Source of the DNA: an uncultured bacterium
GTDB taxonomy: Bacteria > Patescibacteriota > Minisyncoccia > Phycocordibacterales > UBA9973
Reading direction: 5' to 3'
Length of the DNA stretch: 64,000 nt
Assembly: GCA_903892035.1 (NCBI GenBank)
Contig: CAITGV010000001.1
Location: forward strand, 91,624 to 155,623
Shown here: positions 38,209 through 48,499 of the stretch, piece by piece
Layout of the letters: the number at the start of each line of letters is the position of its first letter
How positions within the stretch are numbered: the first letter of the stretch is position 1
Notes under the pieces: model-generated
The model's database searches: none
What the model was told of the DNA's origin: nothing
What the model saw: only the letters and a program-made list of their open reading frames with translations
Translations under genes and position numbers: made by a program

Positions 38209-39414
38209 TTATATTCCACTCGCCATATTGTAAATTGGCACAAGAACAGATACAAGAAGGAGTCCAACCCCAAGACCAAGCACCACAATCATAATAGGCT
38301 CAATAAGACCGACAAGTGTATCAATAGCATTATCAACTTCGCGTTTATAAAACTTAGCTAAAGTTTTTAGAATTGGAGCGATAGACCCAGTCTCTTCTCC
38401 GACTTTTACCATCTGAACCATTATAGAAGGAATTTGCTCTGGATATTTTTCCAAAGATGCTGAAAAGGAGCCCCCGGCTTTCACACTCTCGACGGCGTCG
38501 GTCATAATTTTCTTATAAACCCTATTACCAACAACGTCACCTGTAATTTCAATAGAGCGTACTATAGCGATACCCGAAGAAAGCATCGTATCCATGTTGT
38601 CCGCAATACGAGCAAGATAAATCTTAGTAAACATAGGTCCGACAGCAGGAATTGAGAGCTTGATGCCATCTAGTGCTTCTTTGCCCTTCTCACTACGAAG
38701 CATATACCAAATGTAACCTATTAAAATTATCAAAAACATCAATAAAAATATTCCGTAATTAACAACGAAATTTGAAACTCCTATTACGACTTGTGTATAT
38801 ATCGGAATCGATTGCCCAGAAGATTTAATGATTTCAGACAATCTTGGGATAACTACTGTGAGCATCAAAGTCATAACAGCAAAAAATGTAAAAATAACAA
38901 AAGCTGGATAAACAAGAGCATTTTTTGTTTTTGAATTTATTTCGAATTCGCGGTCTAAATAATCAGCGAGGTAAGAAAAAGTTTGATTTAATTTTCCACT
39001 TTCTTCTCCAGCTTTAACCATATTTATATAAAAATCAGAAAAGACATCTGGGTGTTTCGCAAGTGCGCCAGAAATTGAAAAACCAGCTTGAAGATCGTCG
39101 ACAACTTGAGTAAGTTTTACACGAAGTAGTCTATTGTCAGCATTCGAAGCAAGCATTGAAAATGCTTTTAATGCTGAAACCTGAGCATCAAAAAGAGTAG
39201 ATATTTGGCGAGAAAGAATAACGACGTCTTTTACTGGAACTTTTTCAAAAACAGATTTTTGCAAAAAGGGTTTATTTTCTTGGTCGTGAATTGAAACAAC
39301 AATAAGTCCCCTGCGCTGAAGAGCACCAATGGCAAGGTCTTTGTTTACGGCATCCACTCCGCCTTCTTTTGTGACACCAGTATTGTCTATAGCTTTATAT
39401 TGGTATGTAGGCAT
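38209..39414 (-). CDS. pilC: type IV pilus assembly platform protein PilC (GspF family)
   Basis: Two GspF repeats, 3-TM topology, located between pilT and the pilin genes. Confidence 0.85.
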   Translation of the reverse strand: MPTYQYKAIDNTGVTKEGGVDAVNKDLAIGALQRRGLIVVSIHDQENKPFLQKSVFEKVPVKDVVILSRQISTLFDAQVSALKAFSMLASNADNRLLRVKLTQVVDDLQAGFSISGALAKHPDVFSDFYINMVKAGEESGKLNQTFSYLADYLDREFEINSKTKNALVYPAFVIFTFFAVMTLMLTVVIPRLSEIIKSSGQSIPIYTQVVIGVSNFVVNYGIFLLMFLIILIGYIWYMLRSEKGKEALDGIKLSIPAVGPMFTKIYLARIADNMDTMLSSGIAIVRSIEITGDVVGNRVYKKIMTDAVESVKAGGSFSASLEKYPEQIPSIMVQMVKVGEETGSIAPILKTLAKFYKREVDNAIDTLVGLIEPIMIVVLGLGVGLLLVSVLVPIYNMASGI

Positions 39415-39415
39415 A

Positions 39416-40477
39416 TTAGACTAGACGCTCAAGCGCTTTTGGATTAAGTGAATAAGCGTAGGCATTTTCAATACTTATTTCTCCTTGACGTACAAGTTCC
39501 AAAAGTGAGCGATTCATATCGATCATCCCCTGTTCAAAACCAGTTTCAATCACAACATCTATCTCGTGAGTTCTTCTTTCGCGAATAAGATTTGCGACAG
39601 CGTTGTTGTTTATCAAAAGTTCGTAAGCAGGAACTAAGCCTCCGGCAATACGAGGAACCAAACGTTGTGAAAAGATTCCAAGCAAAGAATTTGAAAGTTG
39701 TGTGCGAATTTGATCTTGTTGACCTGCTGGAAAAGCGTCAATGATGCGGTCGAGTGTTTGTGAAGCATTGTTTGTATGAAGTGTCGAAAGTACAAGGTGG
39801 CCAGTCTCCGCGGCCGTCACTGCTGTTGCAATAGTTTCTGGTGAGCGCATTTCTCCAACCATTATCACATTTACATCTTCACGAAAAATTGATTTGAGTG
39901 CTGTCTCAAAACTTTTTGTATCAATACCAACTTCGCGCTGGTCGATCATTGCGTGTTTTTGTTCAAATAAATATTCAATAGGATCTTCGATGGTGACGAT
40001 ATGCTCTGGTCGCTCTTCGTTTATCAAATTTACCATTGCTGACATTGTTGTAGATTTTCCTTGCCCCACAGGACCCACAATCAAAAAGAAGCCTTGTTTA
40101 CGTCGAGCAAAATCTGCAAGTATTGGTGGAAGTTTCAATTCCTGTAAAGTTTTAACTTTTGGAATTAAGCGCAAAGCCATACCGACTTCACCTTTTTGAA
40201 AAAAAGCATTACCACGAAGTCGCGCAGTACCCTGGAAATCATAAGAGAAGTCGATTTCCTGATTCACTTTAAAACGCTCGAGTTTTACTTTGTCACCCAA
40301 TAATATTTCAAGCATTACTAATACATCGTCATTTGTAGCCATTTGTCTTTTTACAAGAGCAATAAGCGTACCTGCGACACGGATTGCCGGATATCGCCCT
40401 GCAGAAATATGCAAATCAGAACCACCTTCGCGTATTATTGTTTGAATAAGTTCGTCTAATTCTTTTTTATGATCCAT
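39416..40477 (-). CDS. pilT: twitching-motility retraction ATPase PilT
   Basis: Walker A GPVGQGKST, Asp box, His box, ~350 aa. Confidence 0.9.
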   Translation of the reverse strand: MDHKKELDELIQTIIREGGSDLHISAGRYPAIRVAGTLIALVKRQMATNDDVLVMLEILLGDKVKLERFKVNQEIDFSYDFQGTARLRGNAFFQKGEVGMALRLIPKVKTLQELKLPPILADFARRKQGFFLIVGPVGQGKSTTMSAMVNLINEERPEHIVTIEDPIEYLFEQKHAMIDQREVGIDTKSFETALKSIFREDVNVIMVGEMRSPETIATAVTAAETGHLVLSTLHTNNASQTLDRIIDAFPAGQQDQIRTQLSNSLLGIFSQRLVPRIAGGLVPAYELLINNNAVANLIRERRTHEIDVVIETGFEQGMIDMNRSLLELVRQGEISIENAYAYSLNPKALERLV

Positions 40478-40481
40478 AGTT

Positions 40482-40871
40482 TTATTTTTTATTTGCTAAC
40501 TCTTTTACTTTTTCTACGGCTTCTGCTGGAGTAGTGTTTACTTTTACTATATAGGCGATTGCACCGAGAGCTTTACCGCGATCTATATCTTGAGCTTGAC
40601 CCAAATTTGAAAGAATAATTTTCATTGTATTTGGAATAAGTTTTTCTTCATTAATTTTTTCAAGCAAAGCAAAACCGTCCATTACTGGCATTACGATATC
40701 AAGAAGCATTATATCTGGCACGAGACCAGCTTTCAATTTGTCTAGCGCAAAAACTGGGCCTTCAGCAGTGACAACATCAAAACCAGATTGACTGAATTTC
40801 AATGCATACATATCAAGCAAAAAACTGTCATCGTCCACAATCAATATTTTTATCTTTTTTTCTTCAGCCAT
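40482..40871 (-). CDS. CheY-like response regulator, receiver domain only (PilH-like)
   Basis: ILIVDDD..D..MP..DG receiver motifs, embedded in the pilus operon. Confidence 0.7.
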   Translation of the reverse strand: MAEEKKIKILIVDDDSFLLDMYALKFSQSGFDVVTAEGPVFALDKLKAGLVPDIMLLDIVMPVMDGFALLEKINEEKLIPNTMKIILSNLGQAQDIDRGKALGAIAYIVKVNTTPAEAVEKVKELANKK

Positions 40872-40902
40872 GTTCTTATATTATATACTACACTTATATG
40901 TA

Positions 40903-42639
40903 CTACAAGTTATAAACTTCTTGGAAAGGCACAATGCCTTGCATACTTTTCAAAATAGCGTCTTCTCGCATAGAAAGCATACCTTTATCACGCACAACTT
41001 TGTAAATTTCCATCTCACTCGGAGTTTTTAAAATAACACTTTCTATTTCTTTGTCTATTTTAAACATTTCATAAACTGCCACTCGCCCACGTGTACCAGA
41101 CGGGCATTCGGATGATGGCACTGCTTCGTAGACATTGTCACTTTTTGGTATTTTTGTTTTATATTGTTCTGGTAAATCTGCAAATTGCTTGTCTATCATC
41201 AACTTGTAACTATCTGTAATTGGTACTGGTTTTTTTGAAGTAGGACAAATAACTCGAGTGAGGCGTTGAGCAATTGCCAAAACCAAAGTCGGTGCAATGA
41301 GGTAAGGATCCACCCCCATATCAATAAGACGAGGAATAACTCCTATGGCATTGTTTGTGTGAAGGGTTGAAAGTACAAGATGACCCGTAAGAGCGGCTTG
41401 AATTGCAAGTTGTGCTGTCTCTTTATCACGAATTTCTCCCACCATTATGATGTCTGGATCTTGACGCAAAATTGAACGCAAACCTGAAGCAAAGGTATAA
41501 CCGATTTCAGGCATTACTTGTGACTGATTTACGTCTGGTATGTGATATTCAACTGGGTCTTCCAGAGAAACAATATTTGCTTTTTCTCTATCTAAAGCAT
41601 TTAGCATTGAATAAAGTGTAGTAGTTTTTCCAGAACCCGTAGGTCCAGTAATGAGAATAAGACCAAATGGTTTTGCCAATGCTTCTTTTATCATTGCCAA
41701 ATTTTCAGGAGACATTTCAAGAGCATCCAGCGCCTTCACACCTTTTTCAGAATCCAAAATACGCAAAACTGCTTTTTCACCATAGTATGCAGGCAGAGTA
41801 GAAACACGAAAATCTATTTTTCTATTTTCAATAGTAGCTGAAAACCCACCATCTTGAGGTTTACGTTTTTCATCGAGACGCAATTTTGCTAAAATTTTTA
41901 TTCTAGCAATAACACCATTGTATGCTTGAATCGGCAAAACTAGAGATGTGTGCAATACACCATCAACTCGAAAACGAACTTTGACCTTATCCCCCGTGTT
42001 TTCTATGTGAATATCCGAAGCATTGCCATCGATAGCGTTTCTCAAAATCACAGCAACAATTTTTATTATTGGTGCATCTTCGACAATTTTCTCTTCATCG
42101 GTATCTTTTTTTTCTTCTTTTTTTACGCCTTTATTTTTGGCTTGCTCATTGGCTTCTTTTTCTAAATTTAAATCTGTATCAAACTCAGTCAAAGCATGGT
42201 CAACTTCCCCGGTCATACCTTTATATGTCTCAGCCAAAGTTTTAAAATTGTCTTTTGAAATTATGAAGAATTTAAAAGGTACATTCAATTTGTTTGAAAT
42301 GAATTGTAATGCATCAGTAGCACCAATATTGTCTGGGTCCACTACGCCCACCTCAAGTACACCGTCAGCAAAACCTATCGGTACTATCTGATAATGTAAT
42401 GCAGAATCTTCTGGAATATATTTATACAAATCGTAAGAAACAGATTTTGAATCAACTACACGGAAAGGAATTCCATAATAATCACTTTTCCACTGTAATA
42501 CCGATTTTGGATCAGCTCCAATTTCAATTAAAGCCAAATCAATATCACCACCAAATTTGTTTTCAGCGCGCCGAATAATATCTCCGGCCTGATTCTCTTT
42601 AATAATTCCTTTTGAGACAAGCTGTTCTAAGAAACTCAT
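40903..42639 (-). CDS. pilB: type IV pilus assembly ATPase PilB (GspE family)
   Basis: N-terminal GSPII domain and Walker A GPTGSGKTTT. Confidence 0.9.
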   Translation of the reverse strand: MSFLEQLVSKGIIKENQAGDIIRRAENKFGGDIDLALIEIGADPKSVLQWKSDYYGIPFRVVDSKSVSYDLYKYIPEDSALHYQIVPIGFADGVLEVGVVDPDNIGATDALQFISNKLNVPFKFFIISKDNFKTLAETYKGMTGEVDHALTEFDTDLNLEKEANEQAKNKGVKKEEKKDTDEEKIVEDAPIIKIVAVILRNAIDGNASDIHIENTGDKVKVRFRVDGVLHTSLVLPIQAYNGVIARIKILAKLRLDEKRKPQDGGFSATIENRKIDFRVSTLPAYYGEKAVLRILDSEKGVKALDALEMSPENLAMIKEALAKPFGLILITGPTGSGKTTTLYSMLNALDREKANIVSLEDPVEYHIPDVNQSQVMPEIGYTFASGLRSILRQDPDIIMVGEIRDKETAQLAIQAALTGHLVLSTLHTNNAIGVIPRLIDMGVDPYLIAPTLVLAIAQRLTRVICPTSKKPVPITDSYKLMIDKQFADLPEQYKTKIPKSDNVYEAVPSSECPSGTRGRVAVYEMFKIDKEIESVILKTPSEMEIYKVVRDKGMLSMREDAILKSMQGIVPFQEVYNL

Positions 42640-42656
42640 ATTATTTTTGTTTTCGT

Positions 42657-43304
42657 TTAATTTGTTTTAAAAGTTAGCACTTCTCCATAAGTCACCACAT
42701 CTCCAACCTTGATTGCTGCTTTGAAATAATAAGTGGTCAGGCGAGTAAGTCCTGCGGCTGTTTGATGAAATGACCCTGCAACTCCGCCGACTGAAACCTC
42801 TGGAGTTTTTGAACCCATGTCTGTAGTTGTACCATATTCAAACCATCGAGTAGCATTTACATCAGTACTAGTTGTGGAACCATTTAACACTGCATTGAAT
42901 TTGAGTGAGCTTGTGACAGGAAGAGTCGTGACAATACTTGTACTTGAATTCACAACAGGTGCTTGAACAAAACTATCAATAGGCGCAAAAGGATTTGGAC
43001 GACCAGATGGCTCTGGAATAAGAGTAGTCGTATAATCTTGTAAACTTAAAAATGATGCACTATCAAAAACACTTGCATTTAATTTAATATTTTGAATACC
43101 AAGCAATGTATTTAAAAATTCTTGACCTGTAGTAGAACCAGTGCCTGTTTGGTCAGTAGATACAGGATTTACAACTGCGCCCGTCATAGCAGAAGTCAAA
43201 CTCGATGACGAAGAAGTATTACCTTTATTTACAAATATTGAATAACCCACAAATGCTAGGGCTAATATTACTACAAAAATAATGACATTTTTAAATTTTG
43301 ACAT
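42657..43304 (-). CDS. pilus-associated TM plus Thr/Ser-rich hypothetical protein (PilP-like position)
   Basis: Single TM helix and a beta-rich C-terminus in the pilM/N/O-x arrangement. Confidence 0.35.
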   Translation of the reverse strand: MSKFKNVIIFVVILALAFVGYSIFVNKGNTSSSSSLTSAMTGAVVNPVSTDQTGTGSTTGQEFLNTLLGIQNIKLNASVFDSASFLSLQDYTTTLIPEPSGRPNPFAPIDSFVQAPVVNSSTSIVTTLPVTSSLKFNAVLNGSTTSTDVNATRWFEYGTTTDMGSKTPEVSVGGVAGSFHQTAAGLTRLTTYYFKAAIKVGDVVTYGEVLTFKTN

Positions 43305-43305
43305 A

Positions 43306-43911
43306 TTAATTCTTTAACCAATAAGTATTAATTGTGAAATCGTATTGGTATCCATTTGTGGAAATTCCTGTTGCACTTCCAGATGTACTTTGAGTTGGAC
43401 TTACTGAAGTAAAACCGACTGAATCAATATCTACTATTCTTAAACTTTTTTCTAAGTCACCTACAAAACTCAAGAAATTGTCATAAGTACCTTGTGTAGA
43501 GAAACCAAGAGACATTGTTCCATAGTCTTTGTTTTGTGCAGCTAGGTCAGTAGCAGAAGGTGCAGAAAATGTTTGTGTGGCATCCTTCTTTTGAGTATCG
43601 TCGTACTTAACATTTTTTAATTGCATACCATACTTACGTGCTATTGCATCAATTTCTATAATAAGACGAATGTTGTCTACATTATTTGGAAGAAGTTTGT
43701 TCAATTTATCAATATTTGTCTGCGGAAATGCATTATATTGACCCACAAGCTCATCACGTTTTGCCTGTAGTGCTTTTGCATTTCCAAGAGCTGTATCATA
43801 AGAAGATGCTTGCGCTCGTAGAGCTTGCACATTTTGATAATGCTTGTCGGTAAAGATAAAAAAACCGGCAACAGCAACTAATATCATAAATATTGGTAGA
43901 AATGTTCTCAT
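43306..43911 (-). CDS. pilO: PilO-like pilus assembly protein
   Basis: TM helix plus coiled coil, operon position. Confidence 0.5.
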   Translation of the reverse strand: MRTFLPIFMILVAVAGFFIFTDKHYQNVQALRAQASSYDTALGNAKALQAKRDELVGQYNAFPQTNIDKLNKLLPNNVDNIRLIIEIDAIARKYGMQLKNVKYDDTQKKDATQTFSAPSATDLAAQNKDYGTMSLGFSTQGTYDNFLSFVGDLEKSLRIVDIDSVGFTSVSPTQSTSGSATGISTNGYQYDFTINTYWLKN

Positions 43912-44516
43912 TGTGTTGGGTTTTGATTAGCTTTTGTAATATTGCTCGAATATGAAACAAATGATGGGTCAACAGAAAATGTCAGGTCAAAATTTACACT
44001 TCCCTTGTCGTCAAGATTTAAGTTTGAAAAAACAGGATCAATTAAATATTTATTTTGACCAAAATTATCAGCCTGAATTGCAATGGATTGATAACTTGGG
44101 GCCTTTCCACTCATTTTAATTAAAATATTTGATGTACCTTTTGGAATACTGTAGTCGAATTTTGTATATTGAATTGATTTTAGTGTAGTGTCCCCAAGAG
44201 TTTTAAAAATTGGAGTGACAGCGATGTGGTGATTTAAAATATCATTTGCTGAATTTAGTCTTTTATTTAATGCAACAAGGTCATTGATAACTGTTGGTTC
44301 AAAAGCATCTTGGGCTCGTTTTAGACTATCGGCAGAACTAGCAACTTGCTTAGTTAAAAGTATTTCATAAAAATACACACCACCACCTGCAACAATACTC
44401 GCAATAAAAATGATAGTTGCAAGAAAAGAAAATACTCCAACAGAACGGGGTTTTATAATTCGATCTTCAGCAAGTGGTTTTTTAGGTATGAAAGATGTTT
44501 GAAATTGCTGTTCCAT
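43908..44516 (-). CDS. pilN: PilN-like pilus assembly protein
   Basis: TM helix plus coiled coil, operon position. Confidence 0.5.
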   Translation of the reverse strand: MEQQFQTSFIPKKPLAEDRIIKPRSVGVFSFLATIIFIASIVAGGGVYFYEILLTKQVASSADSLKRAQDAFEPTVINDLVALNKRLNSANDILNHHIAVTPIFKTLGDTTLKSIQYTKFDYSIPKGTSNILIKMSGKAPSYQSIAIQADNFGQNKYLIDPVFSNLNLDDKGSVNFDLTFSVDPSFVSYSSNITKANQNPTQ

Positions 44517-44603
44517 AATTTACTTTAAAATTATAGCACAAAAATAGATGTCAATATAGATATACATGTGTATAAATATGAAACTTCAGCACAGAATATT
44601 AGT

Positions 44604-45731
44604 TTAACTTAATTTTCGCAAAGCAAGACCGACAGCGACTGAAAATTCTGGACCAGCACTTTCTAAGGCATGCTCCAAAAATGCTGGGGCTTCAACTTTT
44701 CCAAAAGGATTACCTAATATAACTTCTGAATGAAAATTATCTTGAGCAATTTCTAGAAAACCTTTCAGTAGTGATCCCCCACCAGTCAATATGACTTTAC
44801 TTATTGTGCGATTATATTTTTTCTCATATGCCAAAACGACACTGTTTGTTTCGGAAATAATGTAGTCGACAGAAAGTTTTAAAATTTCTGCAACACTCTT
44901 GTCCGCAGATGCAGTCGTCAAGCCCAATTCCTTTTTCATTTGTTCAGCTTTTGTAAAAGGAATACTTAAAGATTTTGAAAGAGCTGTCGTCATGTCGAAA
45001 CCTCCACGATTTATAATATGAAAAGACCTGACAATGCCGTGCTCGACAATTGAAAGTTTTGTTTTCGATGCACCAAGGTCTAAAAGTAAAACTGGGGAAA
45101 GTTCATGACCAAAAGTCGAACGAATATTTGAAAAAACTTCAATTTCAAAAAAATCTGCAGAAAGATTTGCGCGCTTCACGATATCGCGGTATTTGGAAAT
45201 TGTTTCATTGTGAATTGCTGCAACAAGAATTTCTGTTTTTTGGGCCACAGTCTCTGTCGTAGCTTCTTCTAAAGATTCTTCTTTTTTTGGAATTGCCCAC
45301 CAATCGAGAGAAACTTCAGATATTGGTACTGGAATATATTTTCGAGCTTCTGTAGGAATGATATTTGCAAATTCTTTTTCTGGAACTGCTGCGGGAATGT
45401 CGATAAGGAAAACCAAACTTGCTGAAGATGGAATAGACAAAGCGCAAGACTTCGATGTTATGTCGGATTCTTTTAATACGTCTACAGTTGCAACTCCCAA
45501 TTTTTCTTCTGGAAGATTTGTAACATTGCCCACGTCGAGATCACCATAAGGACCTAGAGAAAGTGCACCGTAAGTTTCAAGTACGGCTTTACCTCCTTTG
45601 CGTTTAAGTTGAACAACCTTTATAGATGAGGCTCCGATATCAATACCAACTACACTTTCCGATGAGCTACTACCACCCATTTTGAGCATTGCCAAACCTT
45701 TTGCCAATATTTCTTTGAACGGATTATCCAT
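44604..45731 (-). CDS. pilM: PilM (actin-like ATPase fold) pilus assembly protein
   Basis: VVGIDIGASSIKVV actin-like fold. Start set at MDNPFKE. Confidence 0.7.
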   Translation of the reverse strand: MDNPFKEILAKGLAMLKMGGSSSSESVVGIDIGASSIKVVQLKRKGGKAVLETYGALSLGPYGDLDVGNVTNLPEEKLGVATVDVLKESDITSKSCALSIPSSASLVFLIDIPAAVPEKEFANIIPTEARKYIPVPISEVSLDWWAIPKKEESLEEATTETVAQKTEILVAAIHNETISKYRDIVKRANLSADFFEIEVFSNIRSTFGHELSPVLLLDLGASKTKLSIVEHGIVRSFHIINRGGFDMTTALSKSLSIPFTKAEQMKKELGLTTASADKSVAEILKLSVDYIISETNSVVLAYEKKYNRTISKVILTGGGSLLKGFLEIAQDNFHSEVILGNPFGKVEAPAFLEHALESAGPEFSVAVGLALRKLS

Positions 45732-45753
45732 AATGTATAATACATTATACACT

Positions 45754-46401
45754 ATGATTTTTTTAAAGCATATACTAGATGCTCTATTCCCAAGGTCATG
45801 CATTGGTTGCGATAAAAATGGCAGAACTATTTGTGAAAAGTGCATTGAAAGAGCTCCGAAAGCACGCGACACAGAAAATAGCTTTCTTTCTGTCTTTGAC
45901 TATCGAGATGGTGTGATAAAAAAAGCACTTTGGATGCTTAAATATAAAAACCGCCGTGATGTGGCGGAAGACCTGGGTCGCACAATGGCCGACCATTTTG
46001 CTGAGGACCTCATCGAACTTGCTCAAATGAAAAATTTTGTAAATCCTGTCCTTATCCCTATTCCCCTATCAAAAAAGAAGCTCCGCAAACGCGGATACAA
46101 TCAATCATTATTAATAGCAAAGTCTGTGGCGAAAAATTTACAGAATTTTAATTTAGAAATTATTGAAAATGTTTTAATTAAAACAAAAGATACACCACCT
46201 CAAGCCAAAATAAAAAATCGCAGGGAACGTTTGGAAAATTTGAAAGATTGTTTTGCAATTTCAAATAAAGAAAAAATAGTCGGCCGAAACATTATTCTCG
46301 TCGACGACATCACCACCACCGGCGCAACTCTCCGCGAAGCCACAAAAGTCCTCAAAAATGCCCACGCCAAAAAAATAATTTCAATCACTGCAGCGCATTA
46401 A
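45754..46401 (+). CDS. comF: ComF/ComFC competence protein (phosphoribosyltransferase family)
   Basis: N-terminal CxxC..CxxC, then C-terminal PRTase motif ILVDDITTTGAT. Confidence 0.7.
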   Translation: MIFLKHILDALFPRSCIGCDKNGRTICEKCIERAPKARDTENSFLSVFDYRDGVIKKALWMLKYKNRRDVAEDLGRTMADHFAEDLIELAQMKNFVNPVLIPIPLSKKKLRKRGYNQSLLIAKSVAKNLQNFNLEIIENVLIKTKDTPPQAKIKNRRERLENLKDCFAISNKEKIVGRNIILVDDITTTGATLREATKVLKNAHAKKIISITAAH

Positions 46402-46422
46402 TAAATCTGCTATTATATTCAT

Positions 46423-47640
46423 ATGTCTAAAAAAAATTCTTGTCCGTATTGTGGACCGAGTCAGATAAATCATTTTATTGCTTGGTTCTCTGCTTGGGTT
46501 GATCATAGCTTCAGTATTTTTTCGAGTAAACCAAATTTTCTTTTAAGTTGGCTCGAACCACTTATTCCAAATAAATTTTATGAAATCGGAAGTTTAGGAA
46601 TAATTAATACACTTACATTTTTGCATTTAGGAACCATAAAAAGAAAGCCAGATGAGCGTGATAGTTACCGAGGGCGAGTCCTTTGGGAAGAAGCAGAAAA
46701 AAGAGGAATAGAAATGTATGAATTTTTACTTTTTGGAACAAGAAAAGATTTTTTTGTAGCGAAATATGGTGGAGTTGTAAGATGTTTCGATGGTTTGCCT
46801 CGCCCTCGCGGAAAAGAATCTGATGCTCTAAACTGGATGGATAATAAAGCAATTTTGCATAAAAAATTGAGCGCACATGGAATTCCTATGGCAAAATTTG
46901 GTGTTGCTTCTACTTGGAGTCAAGCACAAAAAATATTCAAAAATTTAAAAGCTCCTGTAATTTCAAAACCTCACTTGGGTTCCAGAAGTCGCCACACGAC
47001 TACACACATTACTGATGAAATAATTTTGAAAAAAGCATTTTATATTGCAAGGCAACTTTCTCCGTGGGTAATAATTGAAGAGGAACTTTCTGGGATGGTT
47101 TACCGTGGAACTGTAATTGGTGGAAAATTAATTGGTGTAGTCGAGCGCTCTCCTGCATCTGTGACCGGGGACGGCATTCACACGCTTCGCGAACTTGTGG
47201 ATGAAGAAAATAAAAATCCACTTCGCCAAGGACCAATTTTTCACCATATACCAGAAAATTCAGATACAATTGAAGAACTTTCTCGACAAGGAATTGATTG
47301 GAAAACTATTCCAGAAAAAAATAAAATAATTACTCTCGGACAAAAAGCTAGTCGCGGACTCGGAGGTGGAATTACAAATGTCACTCACATAATGCACTCT
47401 GACAATGTCGCAATACTTGAAAATGTCGGCAAAGTTTTAGCTGACCCACTTATTGGAATTGATTTTATAATGGACGACGTCACCCGCTCGTGGAAAGAAG
47501 AACCTCGCTCGGGAGTGATTGAAGTAAATAGTTTACCTTTCATAGATTTGCACCACTACCCACTCGTAGGAAAACCTGAAAATGTTGCTGGTGCTCTTTG
47601 GGATATTGTTTTTCCAGAGTCAGCGAAAGGAAAAATATAA
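46423..47640 (+). CDS. ATP-grasp ligase (RimK/CphA-like) with N-terminal Cys motif
   Basis: ATP-grasp core (ISKPHLGSRS ... VIEVNSLP) and N-terminal CPYCGP. Confidence 0.5.
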   Translation: MSKKNSCPYCGPSQINHFIAWFSAWVDHSFSIFSSKPNFLLSWLEPLIPNKFYEIGSLGIINTLTFLHLGTIKRKPDERDSYRGRVLWEEAEKRGIEMYEFLLFGTRKDFFVAKYGGVVRCFDGLPRPRGKESDALNWMDNKAILHKKLSAHGIPMAKFGVASTWSQAQKIFKNLKAPVISKPHLGSRSRHTTTHITDEIILKKAFYIARQLSPWVIIEEELSGMVYRGTVIGGKLIGVVERSPASVTGDGIHTLRELVDEENKNPLRQGPIFHHIPENSDTIEELSRQGIDWKTIPEKNKIITLGQKASRGLGGGITNVTHIMHSDNVAILENVGKVLADPLIGIDFIMDDVTRSWKEEPRSGVIEVNSLPFIDLHHYPLVGKPENVAGALWDIVFPESAKGKI

Positions 47641-47699
47641 GTAAAAAATAGTCTGGGGATTTTTTCCGAGGACTTTTTTTAATTTTATTTTTCCTGTAG

Positions 47700-48179
47700 C
47701 TATTTATTATATGTAATTTCAGAATCTGGTGTCGGCACAGTAGTGTCGGGTTCGAGATGTGAAATATGTTTTCGGGTCACCACATAAGTTCCAAGAAATT
47801 TCAAAAAATCATTTGTTTTTGGTCTCTCCCCTTTTTCAAAAAAGTGTCGGAGCGGTGATGCTTCTGGCGTCAGCTCAAAGTGTCCACGAATCTCTCCATT
47901 TGAAAAAACACGCAAATGATATTGTTCACTAAAGCTCGTGAGCTTTCTCCAAGATAGAACTTGCGATGGATCTTCCCATGCCACAAAATGGTTTCCGAAA
48001 CCCCACTGTTCCGATAAATGTTTTTTTAGTCCTGCAAGTGTGTGGTGAGGATCAAGCCAACCTATATGATATTTCTGCCTTTTATTTGTATGTAAAAAAA
48101 GAAACCAATGTTCCAAATATGGAAATACAGGGTACAACCATCTCCAAATCTTTTGTTCAATCTTTCTGTATAGATTCAT
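47700..48179 (-). CDS. hypothetical protein
   Basis: No motif recognised. Convergent with the ATP-grasp gene. Confidence 0.3.
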   Translation of the reverse strand: MNLYRKIEQKIWRWLYPVFPYLEHWFLFLHTNKRQKYHIGWLDPHHTLAGLKKHLSEQWGFGNHFVAWEDPSQVLSWRKLTSFSEQYHLRVFSNGEIRGHFELTPEASPLRHFFEKGERPKTNDFLKFLGTYVVTRKHISHLEPDTTVPTPDSEITYNK

Positions 48180-48499
48180 ATATAAAACATATTAACACAA
48201 ATCAAAGATTCATCAATTCCTTTAGTGATTCAATAATATAAGTTGGATTTTTTGTTTCTTCGTTTGGAACCTCATCTTTAAACTTTCCTTTCTTTATCCA
48301 TAATTATTTTTCTTTACACCATTCCATAATTTCCAATGCTTCAGGAAATTCCATATTAGTTTCTGGGTCATGCAATGTCCTTCCCCAGTCAAAAATTATT
48401 GCTTTAATATTCATCTGCGGGTGGTACTAGACGAAGTTAGAACCTTCATAATGCTTAATTCTAGCACTAAATTCTCAATTGTGAACACTTGGTAGGCAT

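Noticed and set aside
37560-38288. 242-aa ORF extending the pilin gene upstream to 38288
   Set aside because: The prepilin leader and the GFTLIELLVV signature begin at the internal Met at 38003. The upstream part overlaps the pilC 3' end and its terminator hairpins.
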